NCBI GenBank assembly: GCA_030390025.1
Contig: JASTWF010000033.1
Span: forward strand, 1,986,001-2,050,000
DNA from: Squalus acanthias
Taxonomy: Eukaryota
DNA: 64,000 nt
Direction of reading: 5' to 3'
Position numbers and translations under genes: made by a program. Positions 48,533 through 60,379 of this stretch are shown piece after piece. A model generated the notes under the pieces. The model saw only the letters and a list, made by a program, of their open reading frames with translations, did not search any database and had not been told where the DNA came from. Within the stretch, counting starts at the first letter, position 1; each line of letters opens with the position of its first letter.

Positions 48533-49316
48533 TATTAGTTTGAGGGGCTGTATTAGTTTGAGGGTCTGTATTAGTTTGAGGGACTGTATTAGTTTGAGGA
48601 GCTGTATTAGTTTGAGGTCTGTATTAGTTTGAGGGTCTGTATTAGTTTGAGGACTGTATTAGTTTGAGGGTCTGTATTAGTTTGAGGGGCTGTATTAGTT
48701 TGAGGGTCTGTATTAGTTTGAGGAGCTGTATTAGTTTGAGGGTCCATATTAGTTTGAGGGGCTGTATTAGTTTGAGGTGCTGTATTAGTTTGAGGGTCTT
48801 TATTAGTTTGAGGTGCTGTATTAGTTTGAGGGTCTGTATTAGTTTGAGGAGCTGTATTAGTTTGAGGTGCTGTATTAGTTTGAGGGTCTGTATTAGTTTG
48901 AGGAGCTGTATTAGTTTGAGGTACTGTATTAGCTTGAGGTACTGTATTAGTTTGAGGGTCTGTATTAGTTTGAGGTGCTGTATTAGTTTGAGGTACTGTA
49001 TTAGCTTGAGGTGCTGTATTAGTTTGATGGTCTGTATTAGTTTGAATTACTTTATTAGTTTGAGGTACTGTATTAGTTTGAGGGTCTGTATTACTTTGAG
49101 GGTCTGTATTATTTTATGGGGCTTTATTAGTTTGAGGGTCTGTATTAATTTGAGGGGCTGTATTAGTTTGAGGTGCTGTATTAGTTTGAGGGTCTGTATT
49201 AGTTTGAGGGTCTGTATTAGTTTGAGGTACTGTATTAGTTTCAGGTACTGTATTAGTTTGATGTACTGTATTAGTTTGAGGTACTGTATTAGATTGAGGG
49301 GCTGTATTAGTTTGAG
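48533..49316. repeat. 18-bp minisatellite (tattagtttgaggggctg and variants)
   Basis: Period 18, roughly 43 copies. Confidence 0.97.
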
Positions 49317-49743
49317 GATGCATCGACACAAATTCACCACTTTCATTGTTTAACTAAATGGCCACAGTTAAGGCGGACAGCCCCATCCCAGAGCGCAGCA
49401 GAGCAGCCCTGAGAGGACATTCTAACTTTTGGAATTGAATTACTGAATGGCCACAGCAGAGCGAAGGACATCACCGAAACAATATGAGGTCTAGAGATGG
49501 GCCTGGTGGTGTTTGAAACAACAACCCCATTGCTGGGAGAATACAGTTAGCAATTGTCATTAGTTAATTCATGTGATCAGAATTTCCGGTCTTTGGGGTT
49601 TTCAATTTCAATCTCAGCACTAAATATATTCCATCACAGCAGGGAATTAACTCGGCTGTCGTCATCTGTTTGTTCAAATGTTTTTTTAAATAATATTTTC
49701 AGCAATGTTGCAACCTCAATCTCCCCGTGGAGATCCCGCAGGG

Positions 49744-49749
49744 TATAAA
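49744..49749 (+). promoter_or_regulatory. Candidate TATA box for the GPR139-like exon 1
   Basis: TATAAA about 90 bp upstream of the ATG at 49836. Confidence 0.45.
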
Positions 49750-49835
49750 TGAAAGGCTCTGGGAATGTCCCGCCTCAGAGTTTAATTCAGAGAGATTGCC
49801 TGCAGCACGAAGGGACACATCGCTTCACACAGAAA

Positions 49836-49902
49836 ATGCATCTGCCATTTGACGGTATCCTGAAAATATACAATGTGATCATTGCCGTCATTGGTGTTCC
49901 TG
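49836..49902 (+). CDS. Exon 1 of a GPR139-like GPCR (MHLPFDGILKIYNVIIAVIGVP + G), phase-1 donor
   Basis: ATG..ATTGGTGTTCCTG|gtaagt. The IIAVIGVP(V/G)N TM1 motif is split as in the GPR139 family, and the phase matches the exon-2 acceptor (G|TG AAT). Confidence 0.78.
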
Positions 49903-50356
49903 GTAAGTGATTATAACCATTGAAGTTGTGTAAATCTGTGTGTGAGCTGGTCTCTGGTTTTGCTCTGTGACTGATAATGTTACATCCTGATCCAGTGGTC
50001 ACCGTTATACAGGCACCCGATCAGTGATAGCATTTCGTTTAGACAAATGTCCTGAATTATTTCTGAGGTTTTATTCCATTGCCTCAACTGAAAGTAAAAC
50101 TCTGTTTGTAACTCACGGGCTCGCTGTGTTATGTAGTTATTGACTTTCGTGTAATATTGTGTACTGTTGAATCAGACCTCAGTGTAAGGAACTCTCTGAG
50201 AGAAGGTATTGGTGGAAGGGTCTCTCACTGCAGAACTACTGAGTGTGGGTCACTAACCGGAGTGGAACACCTGACCCCAGTGGCCATGTATTACTGGGAG
50301 AATCTGTCACTGTAGAATTGCACTGAGTGTAGGTCACTAACCGGAGTGGAAACACC

Positions 50357-51843
50357 TATAGACTCTGGGACAGCTCCCATGGATTGGAGGGTAGCTAATG
50401 TAACCCCACTATTATAAAAAGGTGGTAGAGAGAAAATGGGAATTATAGACCGGTAAGCCTGACATCGCTACTGGGGAATATGCTAGAGTCCATTATAAAA
50501 GATGTAATAGCAGAGCACTTGGAAAACAGTGACAGGATCGACAAAGTCAACATGGATTTACAAAAGTTAAATCATGTTTGACTAATCTACTGGAATTTTT
50601 TGAGGATGTAACTGGTAGAATAGATTAGGGAGAACCAGTGGATGTAGTGTATTTGAATTTCAGAAGGCTTTCGATAAGGTCCCGCATAAGAGATTAGCGT
50701 GCAAAGTTAAAGCACACGGGATTGGGGTAAGGTACTGTCTTGGATAGAAAACTGATTGGCAGACAGGAAGCAGAGAGTTGAAATAAACAGGTCTTTTTCC
50801 GAGTGGCAGGCAGTGACTAGTGGGGTACCGCAGGGATCGGTGCTAGAACCCCAGTTATTCACAATATATATTAATGATCTAGACGAGGGAAATAGATGTA
50901 ATATCTCTAAGTTTGAAGATGACACACAACTGGGGGGGCGTGTGTGCTGTGAGGAGGATGCAGAGAATCTCCAGTATGATTTGGACAGGTTGGGTGATTG
51001 GGCAGATGCACGGCAGATGCAGTATAATGTGGATAAATGCGAAGTTATCAACTTTGGTGGCAAAAACAGGAAGGCAGATTATTATCTGAATGGCAATAGA
51101 TTGGGAAAAGGCGAAGTGCAACGAGACCTGGGTGTCCTTGTGCACAACTCGCTGAAGGTAAGCATGCAGGTGCAGCAGGCGGTTAAGAAGGCAAATGGTA
51201 TGTTGGCCTTCATAGCGAGAGGATTCGAGTACAGGAGCAAGGATGTCTTGCTGCAGTTGTACAGGGCCTTGGTGAGACCACACATTGAATATTGTGTGCA
51301 GTTTTGGTCGCCTTATCAAAGGAAGGATGTTCTTGCCATGGAGAGAGTGCAGCGAAGATTCACCAGACTGATACCTGGGATGGCAGGAATGACGTATGAA
51401 GAGAGATTGGGTCGATTGAGCTTGTATTCGCTAGAATTTAGAAGAATGAGAGGGGATCTCATTGAAACTTATAAAATTCTAACAGGACTAGACAGACTAG
51501 ATGCAGGAAGGATGTTCCCGATGGTGGGGGAGTCCAGAACCAGGGGTCACAATCTGAGGATAAGGGGTAAGCCATTTAGGTTTGAGATGAGGAGGAATTT
51601 CTTCACCCAGAGAGTGGTGAACCTGTGGAATTCTCTACCACAGAAGACAGTTGAGTCCAATTCATTAAATATATTCAAGAAGGAGTTAGTTATATTTCTT
51701 AAGGCTAAGGTGATCAAGGGATATGGGGAGAAGGCAGGGACAGGGTACTGAATTTGGATGATCAGCCATGATCGCATTGAATGGCGGAGCAGGCTCGAGG
51801 GGCCGAATGGCCTACTCCTGCTCCTATTTTCTATGTTTCTATC
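50357..51843 (+). mobile_element. 5'-truncated CR1 (RT region), followed by a second CR1 tail fragment to ~51962
   Basis: ORF 50756-51751 with [14 protein letters not shown] and GEKAGTGY; ctatgttt tail. Confidence 0.93.
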
Positions 51844-52216
51844 CCAGTGGCAGGAAACGGCTATTGAGGTCGATGATCAGCCATGATTTTATTGAATGGC
51901 GGAGCTGGTTCGAGGGGCCGAATGGGCTACTCCTGCTCCTATTTCTTATGTTCTTATGTTCATATATAAGTTGAAATGCATTGATAATGCTTTGTTTCCT
52001 ACTGAAGTGACCAACAGAAACAGATGTTAACTAATTACTGACAGGTAAACCGCAGGACAGCAGTGTTACAGTATTCAAATCCTCTCTATATTGACTTATT
52101 CTTACTCTAAGTAGAGTTATTGTAAATACTTTAATTGTTTTGGTGCTGATTAATCACCTTCCCCCAACACCGCCCTGAGAATCTGTGGTTCATGAGCACT
52201 GAATTTCATTATGTTA

Positions 52217-53732
52217 CATAGAAGCATCGAAGATAGGAGCAGGAGTAGGTCATTCGGCCCCTCGAGCCTGCGCTGCCATTTAATGAGATCATGGCTGATC
52301 ATCCAAATTCAGTACACTGTCCCTGCTTTCTCCCCATATCGCTTGATCCCTTTAGCCTTAAGAAATATATCTATCTCCTTCTTGAATATATTTGAAGAAT
52401 TAGTCCCAATTGCCTTATGTGGTAGAGAATTCCACAGGTTCACCACTCTCTGGGTGAAGAAATTCCTCCTCATCTCAGTTCTAAATGGCTTACCCCTTAT
52501 CCTTAGACTGTGACCCCTGGTTCTGGACTCCCCGCCATCGGGAACATCCTTCCTGCATCTAGACTGTCTAGTCCTGTAAGAATTTTATAAGTTTCAATGA
52601 GATCCCCTCTCATTCTTCTAAACTCTAGCGAATATATGCCTAATCGACCCAATTTCTCTTCATACTTCATTCCTGCCATCCCAGGTATCAGTCTGGTAAA
52701 TCTTCGCTGCACTCCCTACATGGCAAGAACATCCTTCCTCAGATAAGGCGACCAAAACTGCACACAATACTCAAGGTGTGACTCACCAACTTGTACAACT
52801 GCAGCAAGACATCCGTGCTACTGTACTCGAATGCTCTCGCTATGAAGGCCAACATACCATTTGCCTTCTTATCCGCCTGCTGCACCTGCATGCTTACCTT
52901 CAGCGACTGGTGCACAAGGACTCCCAGATAACGTTGCACTTCCCCTTTTCCCAATCTATTGCCGTTCAGATAATAATCTGTCTTCCTGTTTTTGCAACCA
53001 AAGTGGATAACCTCGCATTTATCCACGTTATACAGCATCTGCCATGCATCTGCCTAATCACCGAAACTGTCCAAATCATACTGGAGTTTCTCTGCATCCT
53101 CCTCACAGCACACACGCCCACCCAGCTTTGTGTCTTCTGCAAACTTAGAGATATTACATCTAGTTCCCTCGTCTAGATCATTAATATATATTGTGAATAG
53201 CTGGGGTCCTAGCACCGATCCCTGTGGTACCCCACTAGTCTCTGCCTGCCACTCGGCAAAAGACCCGTTTATTCCAACTCTTTGCTTCCTGTCTGTCAAC
53301 CAGTTCTCTATCCAAATCAGTACCTTACCCCCAATCCCATGTGCTTTAACTTTGCACGCTAATCTCTTATGCGGGACCTTATCGAAAGCCTTCTGAAAGT
53401 CCAAATACACCACATCCACTATTTCTCCCTTATCTATTCTACCAGTTACATCCTCAAAAAATTCCAGTAGATTAGTCAGGCATGATTTCCCTTTTGGAAA
53501 TCCATGTTGACTTTGTCCGATCCTGTCACTGTTTTCCAAGTGCTCTGCTATTATATCTTTTATAATGGACTCTAGCATTTTGCCCACTACCGATGTCAGT
53601 CTTACCGGTCTATAGTTCCCCGTTTTTTCTCTACCAACTTTTTTAAATAGTGGGGTTACATTAGCTACGCTCCAATCCATGGGAACTGTTGCAGAACCTA
53701 TAGAATTTTGAAAGATGACCAGCAATGCATCT
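52217..53732 (-). mobile_element. CR1 (RT region), same subfamily as 50357-51843, tail-to-tail orientation
   Basis: Minus ORFs 53054-53743, 52739-53038 and 52503-52712 with CR1 RT motifs. Confidence 0.93.
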
Positions 53733-56700
53733 ACTGAGTGCAAGTCAGCAGAGAGTGCTGAGTTTGGGTAAGTGTGAGTAGTTCTTTAATTGTTAGTTCT
53801 CTTTAAATCATTCTTGATAAGAGTACTTAAGCAGTTTAAGTGAAGGGGAAAAGTTAAATATTTGGGATTCTGTTGGTTTAAGAAGAGTAAAACAAGGTTA
53901 CACTGCAGTAGGAGTAAATTGGCACAGCAGGCAGTGGAAACAAGTTTTCTAATCAATCAGCAGGGGTGACTCATTTGGCTGTAAACAAACAAACAGTAGA
54001 AAAAGACCAGTGCTAGTGAGAGCAAGCACTGAGTGCAAGTCAGCAGAGAGTGCTGAGTTTGGGTAAGTGTGAGTTCGGGTGAGTGGGGTGAAGGGTGCTC
54101 TTTTCAAACTTTAACTCTGGGTTGTAGTTAATAAGGTCTTTCTGGTGCAGAGTGACTGTTGGTAAACCATTTAACTGGTGTAATTTAGAGGGATTGATTT
54201 AATTCAAATCCAATTAATTAGAGGGGTACTAGCAGCTATAATCGGGCAGTGGGTGTCCATAACTAAGAATAAAAAAAGTAATTAATTACATAGAATGGAG
54301 CAGGTGATGTGTTACTGTTGCAAGATGTGGGAGCCGGTGGACCCCATTGAGGCTCACAGTGATTACATCTGTGACAAGTGTCTGCTGCTACAGGAACTCC
54401 AGCTCCGTGTTGATGAGCTGGAGTCTGAGCTTCAGACACGGCGACACATTAGGGAGGGGGAGAAGTACCTGGACTTTGTGTTTCAGGAGGTGGTCACACC
54501 TATGAAGTTAATTAATTCAATGTAGCCCATGGTCAGGGACAGGACGGTGTGACTACGAGTGAGGCAGGTACGGGGATCCAGGAGGTAGTGTTGGAGGAGC
54601 CGCAGCCCTTGCTCTTGTCCAACAGGTTCGAGGTTCTTACTCCCTGTGGGGACGGGAGCAGGGACTGCAGGGAGGATGAGCTACCTGGCCACAGCACCGT
54701 GGAACGGGGGGCCATTCAAGAGAGGGGAGTAAATAGAAATGTTGTAGTGGTAGGGGATAGTATTATTAGGGGGATAGATAGAGTTCTCTGCAGCCGAGAG
54801 CAAGAGTCCCGTAGGCTGTGTTGCCTGCCCGGTGCCAGGGTTAAGGACATCTCCTCTGGGCTGGAAAGAAACTTGCAGTGGGAGGGGGTGGATCCAGTTG
54901 TCGTGGTCCATGTTGGTACAAACGACGTAGATAGGACAAGGAAGCCGGTTCTTTTAAAGGAGTATGAGCAGCTAGGGTTCAAATTAAAAAACAGAACCTC
55001 AAAGGTAATAATCTCTGGATTATTACCTGAGCTACGAGCGAATTTGGCTAGGACAAATAAAATTAGAGATTTAAATGAGTGGCTCAAAGACTGGTGTGGG
55101 AGAAATGGGTTTTGCTTCCTGGGACACTGGCACCAGTACTGGGGCAGGAGGGAGCTGTTCCGTTGGGATGGGCTTCACTTGGCCAGTGCTGGGACTAGAG
55201 TCCTGGCGGATCATATGACTAGGGCTGCAGAGAGGGCTTTAAACTAACTAGTGGGGGGAGGTTCCTAGAGAGCAAATAATAAACCAGAGTGTGTCAGGAA
55301 GGGGCAGAAGGTATGGAGTAAAAGGTAAAGTAATAAAAAGGGCAAAAGCAGGAACTAAGTGTCACAAAACATATTTGAAAGTTCTCTATCTGAATGCACG
55401 TAGCATTCGTAACAAAATAGACGAGTTAATGGCACAAATAACTGCATATGGGTATGATCTTGTGGCCATTACAGAAACATGGCTGCAGGGTGACAATGCC
55501 TGGGAATTAAACATGCCAGTTTATTTAACGATCAGGAAGGACAGGCAGGAAGGAAGGGGAGGTGGGGTGGCTGTGTTAATAAAGGAAGTAATCACTGTAA
55601 TACAGAGAAATGATATTGGGTCAAAAGATCAGGATAATGAAACAGTTTGGGTGGAGATAAGGAATAATAAGGGGAAAAAACACGAGTGGGCGTAGTCTAT
55701 AGGCCATCCGAATAGTTGCAACTCTGTTGGACGGAGTATCAATCAGGAAATAGTTGAGGCTTGTAATAAGGGAACATCTATAATTATGGGGGATTTTAAC
55801 TTTCATATTAATTGGACAAATCAAATTGGGCAGGGCTGCCTTGAGGATGAGTTCATTGAGTGTATTAGGGATGGGTTTCTTGAGCAGTATGTAACTGAAC
55901 TGACCAGGTGGCAAGCAACCTTAGATCTGGTCCTGAGTAACGAGACAGGATTAATTAAAAATGTCGTAGTAAAGGATCCCCTTGGAATGAGTGACCATAA
56001 CATTGTTGAATTCCATATTCAATTAGAGGGTGAGAAGGTCGGATCTCAAACAAGCGAGCTAAGCTTGAATAAAGGAGACTATGAAGGTATGCGAGCGGAA
56101 TTGAGTAGAGTGGATTGGGAAAATAGATTAAAGGGTAAGACGATACATGATCAGTGGTGTACATTTAAGGAGTTATTTTACAACTTCCAAAAAATATATA
56201 TTCCACTGAGAAGAAAAGGGTGTAAAAGAAAAGACAGTCATCCGTGGCTTAGTAAAGAAATTAAGGATAGTATTCGACTAAAAACAAGGGCTTATAAGGT
56301 AGCCAAATCTAGTGGGAGGATAGAGGATTGGGAAAAACTTTAAAAGACAGCAAACAATAACAAAAAGATTGATTAAGAAAGGGAAGATAGATTATGAAAG
56401 TAAATTAGCAAAACATATAAAAACAGATAGTAAGAGTTTTATTAGTTATATAAAATGAAAAAGGGTGGCTAAAGTAAATGTTGGTCTCTTAGAGGATGAG
56501 ACCGCAAAATTAATGGTGGGAAATATGGAGATGGCAAATACACTGAATGAATATTTTGTATCAGTCTTTACAGTAGAGGACACTAAGAATATCCCAACAC
56601 TGGACAAACAGGGGGCTATAGCGGGGGAGGAGCTAAACACGATCAAAATCACTAAAGAAGTGGTACTCGGTAAAATAATGGCACTCAAGGCGGATAAATC

Positions 56701-58280
56701 ACCTGGACCTGATGGCTTACATCGTGCGGGTCTTGAGGGAAGTGGCGGTAGGGATTGTGGATGCATTGGTAATAATTTTCCAAAACTCCCTGGACTCAGT
56801 AAAGATCCCGGCAGACTGGAAAACTGCTAATGTAACACCCTTATTTAAAAAGGGCAGTAGACAGAAGGCTGGAAACTATAGACCGGTTCGCCTAACATCT
56901 GTGGTAGGTAAAATTTTGGAGTCCATTATTAAGGAGACAGTAACGGGACATTTGGATAATCATAATTTAATAGGACAAAGTCAGCGTGGTTTTATGAAGG
57001 GGAAGTCATGTTTGACAAGTTTGCTGGAGTTCTTTGAGGAAGTAACACACAGGGTGGATAAAGGGGAACCAGTGGATGTGGTGTATTTAGACTTCCAAAA
57101 GGCATTTGACAAGGTGCCACACAAAAGATTATTGCTTAAGATAAAAAATCACTGGATTGGGGGTAATATTCTGGCATGGATAGAGGATTGGCTATCTAAC
57201 AGAAGGCAGAGAGTTGGGATAAATGGTTCATTCTCGGACTGGCAACCAGTAGCCAGTGGTGTTCCGCAGGGGTCGGTTCTGGGTCCCCAACTCTTTACAA
57301 TCTATATTAACGATTTGGAGGAGGTGACCGAGTGTAACATATCAAAGTTTGCAGATGATACCAAGATGGGAGGGAAAGTAGTGAGTGAGGAGGACATAAA
57401 CAATCTGCAAGGGGACATAGACAGGCTAAGTAAGTGGGCAGAGATTTGGCAGATGGAATACAATACTGGAAAGCGTGAGGTTATGCACTTTGGCAGGAAA
57501 AATAGTAGAGCAAGTTATTATCTAAATGGCAAGAAACTGGAAAGTACTGAAGTACAAAGGGATCTGGGGGTCCTGGTGCACGAAACTCAAAAGGTTCATA
57601 TGCAGGTGCAGCAAGTGATTAAGAAGGCCAATGGAATGTTGGCTTTCATTGCTAAGGGGATAGAATATAAAAATAGGGAGGTATTGCTTCAGTTGTACAA
57701 GGTATTGGTGAGACCGCACCTGGAATACTGCATACAGTTTTGGTGTCCATGCTTAAGAAAAGACATACTTGCTCTCGAGTCAGTACAAAGAAGGTTCACT
57801 CGGTTAATCCCGGGGATGAGGGGATGGACATATGAAGAGAGGTTGGGGAGATTGGGACTCTACTCATTGGAGACCAGAAGAATGAGAGGCGATCTTATGG
57901 AAACAAATAAGATTGTGAAGGGGTTGGATCGGGTGGATGCGGGGAGGATGTTCCCGATTATGGGTGAAACTAGAACTAGGTGGCATAGTCTTAGAATAAG
58001 GGGCTGCTCTTTCAAAACTGAGATGAGAAGGAACTACTTCACTCAGAGGGTGGTAGGTCCATGGAATATGCTGCCCCCAAAAGCTGTAGAAGCTACATCA
58101 TTACATAAATTTAAAACAGAAATAGACAGTTTCCTAGAAGTAAAGGGAATTAATGGTTACGGGGAGCGGGCAGGAATTTGGACATGAGTCTCGGTTCGGA
58201 TCGGTCATGGCCCTCTGGTTAGCGTAGCGGGCCCAGGGGCCGTGTAGCCTGATCCTGCTCCTATTTCGTGTGTCCAATTC
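53733..58280 (+). mobile_element. Full-length CR1 LINE: repeated 5' UTR, ORF1 (zinc finger/leucine zipper plus SGNH esterase), ORF2 (APE plus RT), frameshifted
   Basis: 5' UTR motif actgagtgcaagtcagcagagagtgctgagtttgggtaagtgtgagt at ~53733 and ~54029. CYCCKMW..ICDKC..LQLRVDELESEL; VVVGDSIIR..HVGTND..DGLHL; YLNARSIRNK; RT ORF 56712-58187. Confidence 0.96.
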
Positions 58281-60066
58281 TGTTAGGTTCAGGAGATGGT
58301 TCTGTGATAGTAGATTTGTAAGGGGGCGCGTCTCAGACGCTGCTGGTGCGAGGTTAGGCCTTCGTTGCCTAATACTATTGCTTGCTCTGGTCTCCGGCCA
58401 GCCTTTTTGCAATAAGCACCTGTGAGTGGTTCGACCCACTCGCCCTTATGGTTCTAACACTGGACTTAGGTGCAAGGAGCAGTAATGCAGAGAAAACTCA
58501 AATAGACCCTGTTGAATAGTACGAAATGGAAATCATTATTGCATGGCGTCTTAAATCATGAAGTGCATGTCATAGGCGCAAATCAACGAGAGTACAAGTA
58601 TACATACATTCATAAAGCTTGGTCTATGGAAATGAAGAACACACGGCACATCGTAAAAAGGGGAACATATTATACCTTAACCTTATTAAAAACCACCCTC
58701 CCTTAACAATACCGACACTACGCCTAGATTTGTAGGATCGGAAAACATGCTCACCACTCGTGTTACTTCGGAGATTTTTAAAGTGAGGCACTCAGCTCGT
58801 TTCGCTTCAGCGCCTGACTGTCACGTGTTTGGAAGGGTCTCTGCACCCCACTTGTTTACTTTCGCTGCTGCGAAAAGCAGGCCAGACTCTCTGTTGTCAT
58901 GAAGAACTAGGCAGAACTCGGAACGTTTATAAAATTCAAAGAAGAGGCTTCCTGTGCTCGAAACAGGTTGCAGTCGGTAGAACTCAAAGAAGAGTTCTTT
59001 ATTTATATTTTCAGGCACGGTCGGGGTTTACTGACCGTGGCAGCACGTGGATTCTTCTCGTCTTCTTCTCGTCTCGTCTCTTCGGGCCTCCGGGTCCAGA
59101 CACCGTTTACTGACACTCGGGATGGTGTACCCTGTTACTTGCCCTTGTCGGGGCGGCTCGTGCCGATTGAGCTCCACCCAACATTCGAATAACCAACCAG
59201 TACGGCTAAGAGTCAAGAGTCAACAAAGCCCAGAGAAACAAAAAGTCCAGCCCTAAGGAAGAGCTTCAGCAAGGGTCCGCCGAGAGATAAGAGCCAGCCG
59301 GGACAATAAGAGTTCAGCAGTCAGCAGCGAGATAAGAGACCGATGGACATTTGTTCTCTATAGTTATAGTGATGTGTCCACTTATCTCCCGCTCAAATCT
59401 TAATGTTTGTCCTTTGTGTAATATTGGCGTACAAAACTCCCAGCATGGGGCGATTCTTTTCTTTAACGGGTTTCGGTAGCACCTGAAACTGGCCAACTAT
59501 CAGTTAATGTCTTCCCCATTGTTGAATCAGCCAGGATGTGTATGAATCGTCTCCCTGACTGGTTTTGGCACCTCCCCGAATATTGACTTAATCACCCGTC
59601 AATGTCTCTCTCATTGTAGTGCTGTGGGGGTATTTGTGTATTGATGTGTCTGGATGGGCCATCAATTGCCCAGTACAATGGTCCTTACTGTGCATAGGAA
59701 AACGATTCCATCACTTATATCTTTGCTATTGTTCCAAATGCAAACGGGTTGCATCCTGTCTTTATCAGTGTTTACCGAGTATGATCCAATCTTATTCTGA
59801 ATGTTTATTCGACGCCATCTTTTCTGCCCACTGTATTTCTGGAAGCTTCTGCCACGATGCGCGGCGGCCATTTTACAGGCTTCTGTGTCCTTTATTATCA
59901 GGACAGCATTTCGTGTAATAAAACTGATCAAACGAATCTGCTTCTCTCTTGTTATTTTGAATCGCGATAATTGCTAAACTTTACAGTCCATCCTGTTGAT
60001 GCGAATAACTCCACTTATCGTATCAATTAAAAATGGTGGTGAGCAAAATTATCCCGATTCTCCACA
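58281..60066 (-). repeat. Probable ERV-B 3' LTR (internal boundary uncertain)
   Basis: Non-coding block ending in CA at 58281, with TATAA (59364-59368) and AATAAA (58998-59003) on minus and a candidate TG start at 60066. No second copy in the window and no clean PPT. Confidence 0.45.
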
Positions 60067-60379
60067 TCCAAACACTCCCGGTACTTAAACTATCTATGGC
60101 CTCCATGCAGTTCTCATTTCCCAGAGAAATTACATTGTCTAAACTTGGACAAATTGTAGGCAGCATTGCCTTTAAACTTACACTGCGTATACGCCTTCCA
60201 GGTGCAAAAGACCGATGCCTCTCGCACTACCTGTATATGCATGTTTTATTATAAAAGGAAAAATAATCAAACCAACTGTTTTAAAAATACAAAAGTTCCA
60301 AACTTAGTTACACATACTCATAACTAACAACAACTACAAAAACACACATGGTAAAATGGAACGGCGTCATTCTGGCCGT

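Noticed and set aside
48664..49353. 229-aa Cys-rich ORF (CISLRV)n and its antisense ORFs
   Set aside because: Translation of an 18-bp minisatellite whose period is a multiple of 3. No ATG context or other coding evidence.
50221..50358. Two-copy ~85-bp duplication (..actgagtgtgggtcactaaccggagtggaa..)
   Set aside because: Ordinary short tandem duplication truncated by a CR1. No further structure seen.
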